NCBI RefSeq assembly: GCF_964355755.1 | Contig: NC_092672.1 | Location: 34,664,437 to 34,728,436 of the forward strand | Direction of reading: 5' to 3' | Source: Antedon mediterranea | Lineage: Eukaryota > Animalia > Echinodermata | Length of the DNA: 64,000 nucleotides | Shown here: one piece after another, positions 54,907-64,000 of the stretch | How positions within the stretch are numbered: the first letter of the stretch is position 1 | Layout: the number at the start of each line of letters is the position of its first letter | Translations under genes and position numbers: made by a program | The notes under the pieces: generated by a model | What the model was told of the DNA's origin: nothing | What the model saw: only the letters and a program-made list of their open reading frames with translations | The model's database searches: none

Positions 54907-57900
54907 CTAGTTCCATTTGTCAATATCATCAATAAGAGCTGGTGGTAATTCAATGCTTTCAAACTTATCAGTCCAAAATAAATCTGGAAGGTATCGTTTG
55001 GATGGAAAAAGCTCACCATCATCTATAAGAGATATGCGACAATTATTAAGGAGGTTTCGAAGTGCGCCATCATTTGATGTCTTTGCTGACGATTCAGAGA
55101 AAGATGCTACAGAAGAAACTGAAGCAAGAGCAGGTTGATCATAAAGTACTTGTTTGGCTAATGATGTAGAAGATGTTGATGCAGGAGGTACTGGTGTAGA
55201 GGGAGATTGATCTGCGGATGTTCCATTTGCTGAAGTACCAACTGTCAAGGAATTTGATGCAACAACATTAGTAGAATCATTTATTGGTACCAGTGGCGCA
55301 ACGCTGGTGGAAAAGGCCCCTGGTTTAGCACTCTTAAGGTGCCCTCCAACGCTCATACTATGAGGTCCCTTAAGCTCTGGGGACCCTGGGTTTAGCCAGT
55401 GAGCGCTCATAGCCGTTACGCCACTGATTGGCACTTGACAGCCTGCCAGCTGATTAGAAGACAATGTTGATTTTGTCATTTGTGGAAAAAGCTGTTGTGG
55501 TCCACGATTTATACCCTTCATTTTGACCTTGGAAACATTTATCGGATTAGAAGCTACTGTGGTTGTTGTCTTTGATACCGGTCCAATTATTATGACAGTT
55601 TTGGTTGTGGTGGCAACTGGTAGAGAAGCGAGTGCAGTTGGGGTTGCTGGTAAAATTTTAGCATGCTGATAAAGCCGATTACATTCAGTGACATCTTCCT
55701 GAACTGCTGATGTCATTGCTGCTGTTTTCACCAAAGACTTCTGACCCACATTATTAATGTTGTCAATGTTGGTAGTGCAAGTACCTTGTGATGGTGTTTT
55801 TTCTTTGTTAATTTCTCTTGCAGATTCAGATATGTGAGAAATAGTTTTAGGAGTGGATGTAACTAACCCAGCACTTACTAACTTTTGAACAACTAAGTTT
55901 AGATCGACATTTGTCGACTTCTTTCTCTTTGGTAAATCTGTCGGTCCTTCCTGAATGTCTTCCTGTAAGTGCTGACCTTTTTTACTTTGATTGACATGTT
56001 GAGATCTGCCTTCACTCGATCTCTCTGGTGTTGAAGATGAGCTTAATTCATTTTCATTTGAAATAATCCGGTATATTTTGACTAGTTTTAGAAGAATCTT
56101 CTGTTTTGCCTTGATGTTCTCTAGTTTCTCGCGTTGCCTATTTTTATTGAATTCTCTTTGAAGTTTTGCCAGTTTATCAAGAACACCTTTTTGTTCAGCT
56201 TTAAAAGAGTCATTCATAAACTTCAACTGCATCTTGATTGACAACAACTTAGAGTTGATTCCTAAATAAAAAGAATTATGTAATTTAAGTTTAGAATGCC
56301 ACTAAAGCAGTGGTGGCGGTCTGACAGTAAATTAAGCAAAACAAAATGTGGTAACTACAAACTGTCTTACCAATCATCTATAACATTGCCCAGAAACAAA
56401 TGTCTGTTTGGTCATTGATATTGATATTCAATCAATTCAATTTCTTTTGTTTCGGAAAAATTTCATCCATATCAACAAACGTACAAACAGAAAAAGAAAA
56501 TTTGCAAACTTTAAGCGTAAATATATACTTCTCCATCTATAATACATTTTTTTAGTTATGGAGCAAATGTTTGCAAACACAAGCAACAAGATTACAACTA
56601 TTCAACATACATTGCATGAACCCATAGGTAGATTTTCGCATATAATCATTTAAGGTCGAGTCGAAGATTGAGGGCCCCTCAAAATCAGCTTCCGCTGGCT
56701 GGGTCACCCTCTTGAAATATGGTTGAATAAATAAATAAATAAGGAAGGGACATCATGTTCAATAAACATCATACCGACACTACTGCTTTTAGAGACATTC
56801 AGTATACGGCGCAGAACATTATTGTAGTATACATAATTATATTATATATTTCTTTATAAACAGTTTGTTGAGAAATATAAACAACTTCTGTTACACACTT
56901 ATATACTTTATATTCAATGAGTGAATTAAGATAATGAAAAAAGTTCATAAAAAATATATTTTATATAATAAGTATTATAGGATATGTATCCTCTCTCACC
57001 TGGTTCAGAACCATTCTTTAATCTTTCTAACTTTGTCTCAAGCTCCATTAAGTCTTTATGGTCCTGATCAACAACCTCCTATTAAAAATTTAAAAATGTT
57101 TTTATATATGTACGCTCTGTATACACTATCAAACTAGTTTGACTAAAAAGTGTGATGTGCCTAAATATGGCAGTGATGTTCCTAACTATGGTAGTTGTAT
57201 GACATCATCATGTCCATATATGGGCACATCACATTTTTTTTGTCACATAAAGTTTTATAGTGTAAACAGAGCTTTAGACTGTTTTAATAACGATAATATA
57301 TCAAAATCTTTACTGTATATATTACTAACCCATGTTTCTGCACTCATTTCCTCGTCCGTATTCTTATCTGCCTTTTCCCTTACGTTTCTTCCGACTCTCT
57401 TTCTTACTGTTTTATCGTTTCTTTTATGTTGTGTCTCTAAAGTTGCTTTGTCTGGTGTTTCATTCTCTGTCTTCATTCGTCTTACCTCCGCTGATTTACA
57501 TTCCTTCACCCGTGTCTCTACTGATATTTCTGGCTCTTCTCTGATTTCTGCTACTTCTGATGTTGTTGGTGTCTCTATTCTCATTATCACTGGATAATTA
57601 TTGTCTTGTCCAGATATCTTTGGTATGAATACTTGTGGTCCATCCGCACATGTAATTTGGGTGTCTTCAGTGTCTATCACTGGTGATATTGTCTCTACCA
57701 CTGGTGACATGGTTTCTATCACTGGTGATATGGTCTCTATCACTGGTGATATTGTCTCCATCACTGGTGATATTGTCTCTACCACTGGTGATATGGTCTC
57801 CATCACTGGTGATATGGTCTCTGTCACTAGTGATACGGTCTCCATCACTGGTGACATGGTTTCTATCACTGGTGATAGGGTCTCTATCACTGGTGATATG

Positions 57901-59877
57901 ATCTCTATCACTGGTGATATAGTCTCTATCACTTGTGATATAGTTCCAACGCATTCCATTCGTCTAATGATGTCATTTCTATCTTCTTCAATCTCTGTAC
58001 AATCACTATCATAGTCATTTTCAGTACTATATTTCGTAACTACTTTATCAGGTGCATTGACTGTGAGGCTGTTTTCAATATCATTTACATCTGAAAAAAA
58101 GTTACTATCTGTTAATAAACTTTTGTTAATATCCAAAAACATATTGTTTGCCATATTAGGAAATTTATATTATTATTATTAGGTCAGTTGATATCTTTGA
58201 AGATAGCTTTGAAGATGTCCATTCAGAGCATGTTTGAGGTGTTGCTTGGTGAGTATACATACCATTTTTATCTCAAATATTTCACAGTATGCCGTTGCAA
58301 ATAAATACTTATTTCCTCCTTATGGCAGCTTAGGTAATTTATATAAATCTGCAGCCTCATATTGTCTAAAGCTCTGTCTAATCTATCGAACTTTGTGTGG
58401 AAAAAAAAAATGGTGTTGAAGTGCCCATATATGGACATGATGATGTCATATCACTACCATATTTGGCAAACTAGTTTGATAGAGTAGACAGAGCTTTTAG
58501 GACGTTTATTTTGATTACTTACTTTCCCTTTCTTGTTTTTTAGGTATTTTGCTAGCAGGAGGTGAAAACACTGGTGAACGATATACTTTATGAGATCTGA
58601 AAATGTTAAACAAAAGCAAATTCAACATTCTTTAGATCAGATCAGGTAAATGTTATGACTATCTTGGTTCAGGGATCAATCCTTAAGCTCTGTCTACACC
58701 ATCAAACTTTATGTGACAACAAAATGTCATATATGGACATGATGATGTTATATCACTACCATATTTGTGCATATCACTGCCCTATTTGTGCATATCACTA
58801 CCATATATGGGCACATCACACTTTTTTTGTCAAACTATAGTGTAGACAGAGCTTTACCTAATGCCTAGTTACTTGCTGTTGAATGAAATGTGGTTTAAAA
58901 AAAAGGGTGTAAATGGTATGAAATAAATATTTGACTTTACATCTTATTTTAACCACACAGAACATTGACTTTAAAGTACATTCTCTGGATAATTTCCATT
59001 CAATCTTTTCATGATTGTTAACGTCTTTGTTAACAAATTTGTTTTCTTTCAATTGCTAATTTTCTTTCCCCGGATTTAATTTGCTTCAGGGGTACTGTTA
59101 TAAAAGTAATAAAATAAATAATAACCACTAAAATAAAAGTATACTTGAACTTGGCCTAAAATTTCATTTGTATATAACAGTGTAATTAAAGATCTTGTGA
59201 TAAATGTCAAATACAGTGGTCTTACTGAGAGGTTAAACAAAAACACCTTTGTTGTGTGAATAACAATTGTGTTTACTTTTTACACCCCCTCTTTTGATGC
59301 ATTAAAAAAAACATACATAAAAGCCATAGTAATTTTACAATGCAATACAAAGCAATTTGTAAAACATATTTTCATGGGTTCTTTAATTTTCATGAAGATT
59401 ATGTTTGAGCTAAAATACTTACTTGGGTTTGAGTAAAGACTGCGACATTTGACTCTCATCGTCAGAGCTTTCATCTACATAGATTCAAGTGATATAATAA
59501 AAATATCTTTAATAACAATTATTATTAGTAATTTTGTATATTCTGTTGTTTGTTAGAGAGACTTTAATCTGCCTACATACCTTCAGACATAACATGTATT
59601 TGCTTGTTGAAATCCATCTGTTTTTGTTTAATACTGAAAAAAAAACAATTAAAATTGATTGATTGTTTTATCATGAAAAAATACTTGTCTGCTGCCCTCT
59701 GTCTAAAAATAGTTTAGTACAGAGCCCTATAGTAATTTTTGGTATTGGAAAATGGTTGGAAACCCATTTTAAAAAGAATTCTTTCACTTACATATCATGA
59801 AGCCCAGTAAGAATTGGAGAGCCTGCATCGTCAGCTGATTGTGATGACTCTGATATGATTGTGTTGTCACTATCCAT
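54907..59877 (-). CDS. Uncharacterised ~819-aa protein: acidic/Ser-rich N-terminus, heptad S-P repeats, coiled-coil-like segment, S/T/P-rich tail
   Basis: Proposed exons 59877-59792, 59633-59581, 59474-59423, 58596-58523, 58090-57330, 57078-57000, 56261-54907. All GT-AG with matching phases, total 2460 nt. Two long stop-free ORFs (299 and 446 aa) in AT-rich DNA. No family recognised. Confidence 0.75.
55291..55426. mobile_element. hAT-like MITE inserted in frame in the last coding exon of the uncharacterised gene
   Basis: TIRs CAGTGGCGCAACG / CGTTACGCCACTG. 8-bp TSD ATTGGTAC / ATTGGCAC. Homologous copy at 30217. Confidence 0.85.
57675..57947 (-). repeat. Coding 21-bp tandem repeat encoding 13 heptads ETISPV(I/V/M)
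   Basis: TCTATCACTGGTGATATGGTC-like units within ORF 57255-58154. Confidence 0.9.
58686..58853. mobile_element. Harbinger-type MITE family 1 copy
   Basis: TIRs with TTA TSD and expanded internal CATATCACTACCATATTTG repeats. Confidence 0.85.
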
Positions 59878-60269
59878 CGTGTGTTTAATAAAATAAAAGG
59901 CTTGAAAAAGAATATTCAGAACATCAGTTAGTAGGCCTGTGCCTAGACCTCTACCTAGGCCCTACTACTAGTACTAGTCTAGAACACCGTCCTTGTTGTC
60001 CTTCTGTTGGCCCTCCTTCTTGGTAGGCCTATTCTTGGTTTATTTATTTGTTGATCCTACCTACCTAGCCTCTCTGACTGAGCTATTATAACTATAAGGC
60101 TAGGGTCCATGGACATAGGCTAGTTTAGTCAAGGAATAGTAGTTGTATTTGTAGGAAAATTTAACCAACTTACAAACACGATAAACAAGCAAATTAAATA
60201 TTAAAATATCCTATTTAGTATACCTAGGCCTAGGCTTATTGGCACTCCTGATCTTCTCGCTGTTGTGTG

Positions 60270-60360
60270 TGTGATAAGCGCGCATGCTGCTGCATGCGGC
60301 AAACTATTACACTGCCCTCGTCCGATAGGAAACTTTCTTAGAAAAATGAGGGCGTGATTT
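60270..60360. promoter_or_regulatory. Probable promoter of the uncharacterised gene
   Basis: GC-enriched patch with GCGCGCATGC..GCATGCGG (NRF1-like) about 400 bp upstream of the ATG. A candidate 5'UTR intron has a donor near 60168-60173 and acceptor TCTTTTTCAAG near 59901. Confidence 0.4.
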
Positions 60361-61841
60361 TGTATTGCCTTGCAGTCAATTTATTATTGTTAGACAGAAT
60401 CATTACTTTTATCGCTTAAGTTAAAATATGGTATTTATAAAAAAAATCTGTGATTCAATTTATAAACACAATTAATGAACATGGTAATTAGATTTTATTT
60501 CTTTGTACACCTTGTTAATGTTATGGTAAGCTGTAGCCTATATTACATAAAGTAACAACTTACACGTCAGGCCTTATAATAAAACATACACTTCCTTTAT
60601 CTATGTTTTTTCTAAAATTTAAAATCAATTCGTAATTAGTTTATTATTAGTGTATCATAGATTGTGTAAGCAGTTAATATAGAAACCCACATTTTTAAGG
60701 TGACCCTTTCCCGTAAACGAATGAAACGTATTATTTATGTTTTTAACACGGCCAACTAACTCATAGGAGTTGGGTTCCGATAATTGTCCCCCTTAAATTT
60801 GTAACCAGTTCGTGTATGCTTATCGGTATATCAACCTAAAAAATCATAATTTGTACTATATATATATATATATAACGTTTATCTTTGAATCAAATTGTTT
60901 TAAGTGGGTATTAAAAACTCATTATGACGGATTAACAAAGATCAAACAGATTTTGGCAAATAAATTTCAGATTTTATAGTTACTTCGGATTAAACAATAT
61001 ATACCTTTCCCACCAGGCTTAAACTGTACCCTGAAAGAAATGAATACATATATTTAAAATAATAATAAAGATAAGACATAAGTAGTATAGATTTAAAATT
61101 TTTTATTTCTACTTGTATGTTTTGTTTATGAATTATGAAGGTCACGGTCTTTTTATTTCCACTAATAATAAGTCGGTTTCTCTGATCTTTTCGGAGACAG
61201 GGTTTATCGCCTTTTCATACACCATAGCCTGGTAGATGTTATCAGGTTTGCGTTGGAACCAGGTTAGACTCGACGAAAAAAAGGACTAGGCCGCGGAGAT
61301 AAAATCATTTATACACGTTAGACTATAACGGTTACGAATAGTTACGAATGCGATCAGTTGTAAAATTGCAAGGGATTTTCTACAAATGAACTACACTGAT
61401 CAAAACGAGCCTTGGATCACCCGCGCCGAGTTAAAAGTGACCCAACCATGCGTATGATAGACGAACAACGGCGCGGTGGTTACTCAAAGGTTTTCTTACA
61501 ACTAAAATCCCTCTGTAGTGTTCTTTATAAAAAGCCCTAATTTGTACATCACTTTTATCATGGCTCAACCAATCTTATAAAATCTCTTCCGTTTCAAACA
61601 AGGATTAACTCTCCTTTTTTTCTTTAGTTGTTTTGACAGTTCGGTTAAATTCTTTTAATGTACCGCAACCAACTTAATACTGTAGTACTAAAATCTTTTT
61701 CTGACTTTTGCGAGTCGTTTAGCTTCCGTATCTGTAGGAATTACCCGGCGTCTTGTTTCTTAATCAATGTGTGTTTAATATGCATTATTTATTTAATATG
61801 TATTTTCTGAAATACAAATTAAAATACAGTATTTCGTTTAA

Positions 61842-62160
61842 AGATGTATTGTCCCCCTGAAAAATAATTCTTAAATATTTTTTTTTTTAAATATGCTATT
61901 TTAATGTCACATTAGGCCTATAGTTATTCAATTTTACCAAAAATTGGATCGAAAAAAACAATTATTTACTTGAAATAACTAATTTAAAGCAAAAATAGTC
62001 ACATTGGGTTTTTGGTTGAATTTAACCATATATTTTGTCATTTTATAAGTGAAAACATTTTTTTCTCTACGAAAGTAATTAACTTTATTAAAACTATACA
62101 AAATAACCTATTCAAAGACTGATTTAATTAATCTTCATTTTTCATGTTTTTAAGGAACAA
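61842..62160. mobile_element. Kolobok-like MITE, same family as 21319-21650
   Basis: TTAA|AGATGTATTGTCCCCTGAAAA start. Internal sequence is the reverse complement of the 21.3-kb copy. Confidence 0.8.
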
Positions 62161-64000
62161 AAGATGAACAAAAATCTTGTTTTATTTTCTTTTTAGACTT
62201 TAGTTGTTCGTTCAAAAATTACTGATGGGCTTATTATTTATCATTTTATTTGACATTTGACAATGAAACTTATTTGATTCGGTAATTTTAACTTCTAACT
62301 ATATTTGAATTATATTGATATCGTTAAATGATTACATTGTTAAATTCACATTATGGCTTTTCAAATTCATCTATCAGTTTTGTACATATTTTGTTCATAT
62401 TAAGATTTAATGGGCGTAATCATTTAAAACCGATTACAAAAATACAGGTCGAAATATATAAATATTAGTTTTTAATGCATACTTGTGACATGATAGAGGC
62501 ATTTCAAAGTATAGTAATTATTCTCGTTGCAAGTGTCACCATATTTTACGGATAGTAATTGTAACCGAAATGTTTAACCGTAAATTTTACATTTTACCAC
62601 AAGAGCCTTCGAACTCACCATCTTTGGTGTGAACGTATCGATAAGTCAGCTAGCAGTGCAGCAACAGAAGCCGGCACTTCGTGGACGCGTGCGCGGTTTT
62701 TTTTATCAACGTTTAAACACGCGCGTCAAATCGTGTATACGCGCTGACGCGATAACGAACGGTGTTCTCTGTGCGTCATCCAGCCGTCTACACTCGTAAA
62801 ATTGTTATTTCACGCAACCATTATTTTTTTACATTTTAAAAATTACATTAAAGCAAACTATATTCTAACTTGACTATGACCACGTGTGATAGTGACGCCA
62901 CCAATTTTCTACAATCTTGTAATATATCCTTTTTAGAAAACATTAAGTATATAATTTAATATAAATATGAAAGGTCTAGGCCACTTTATTTACTTGTTTA
63001 TCGACAGGATAGCCTTGAACAATCGATCTTTGTCTGCAAAAGTCGTCAAGCTCCGCCTGGCTGCACCGATTTCATGCTCACCAGGCTAGAAATTGGTAAA
63101 AAGTTTTAATGGATATTATTCCGTAGTAAGTGAACCATTTTATATTCTTACTAACGGATGTCTTTATTTTATGTTCTTCAATCATTCTTATGCTAAATTA
63201 TGCTTTAATAAATGTGATATGTTAACTTTTAAGTTTTAAGGTGGAGACGCGCAAACGGCAATTCATGTTATTATTGTTGTCTGATGATTGCTTTACGCGC
63301 GATAATATTTCAACCGGTTTTTTTTCTTGAACTGTTTTATGAGTCTTCTTTATTAGTACATACTTATCATTTGATTGGGTTTTAAAGAAAATGCGATAAA
63401 TCGTAGTAAATTGAGATTTAATGCGATTTTGTTTATCTTTATGGTTATCATAAATAATACAATTTATTTATGTTGTTTACTGTTGTTTCTTTATAATTGT
63501 AAAATGTTCTTCTAAATGTATTCGATTTTATGTTAAGCCGCTGCAAGAAGAAAACACAATTTCTTTTCTTCATAGTACTGCTGTATCATCGTTGTTTTAA
63601 GCTCTGTCTACACTATCAAACTTGCGTGAGAAACGCATCACATTATCAGAAAATAGTAATGTTGCCAGTTAGCTTAAAGCTCTGCCTACACTATCAAACT
63701 TTATGTGACAAAAAATGTGATATGCCCAAATATGGACATGATGATGTCATAATTACCATATTTGGGTTATCTTTCTCGTTACCAGTACTGTATTATCAAT
63801 AGGCCTACAGCAACTTTACTCTGATCGGCCGCGGCGGCCATAATATTTTTTGTCAAAAACGCATATCGCCGACTTTCCAGAATATCAATCCGCTGTGTTT
63901 TGTTAGCGGGGCTCTTTCATAGAATTGTGAAAAAGAGCTGAAGATTTTTCAGAGGGACGCTAGAAAAAAAGTTTTTAAATACCGAAGACATTTATGTGAG

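Noticed and set aside
57139-58014. Plus-strand ORFs of 137-152 aa
   Set aside because: Antisense shadows of the repeat-rich coding exon and a MITE.
58091-58154. ATG at 58154 as a gene start
   Set aside because: The strong acceptor TTTTTTTCAG at 58091 and phase-matched upstream exons indicate an internal exon.
58858-59094. Extra exon of the uncharacterised gene
   Set aside because: Candidate acceptors give in-frame stops in the required phase, and the flanking exons join in phase without it.

Overview
AT-rich eukaryotic (metazoan) genomic DNA with spliceosomal GT-AG introns. A Deu-type SINE core suggests a marine invertebrate, possibly a deuterostome/echinoderm (inference). Five spliced genes were reconstructed by hand with consistent exon phases: MKS1 (14 coding exons, minus, 615-39875); ZSWIM7 (6 coding exons, plus, head-to-head with MKS1); two tandem cytochrome b561 paralogues (minus); and an unrecognised ~819-aa low-complexity gene (minus). 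Introns contain about 25 copies of a PIF/Harbinger-type MITE, Kolobok-like TTAA elements, tRNA SINEs, a LINE relic and many tandem repeats. Most striking: (1) a 112-bp tandem array copying the 3' end and splice donor of a cytochrome b561 exon, giving ten extra donors and nine potential in-frame 48-nt micro-exons; (2) a hAT-like MITE plus TSD inserted exactly in frame (144 nt) in a coding exon; (3) two satellites that grew inside dispersed elements; (4) a 21-bp palindrome with a 7-bp target duplication resembling a transposon footprint. Gene names come from recalled similarity, not database searches.
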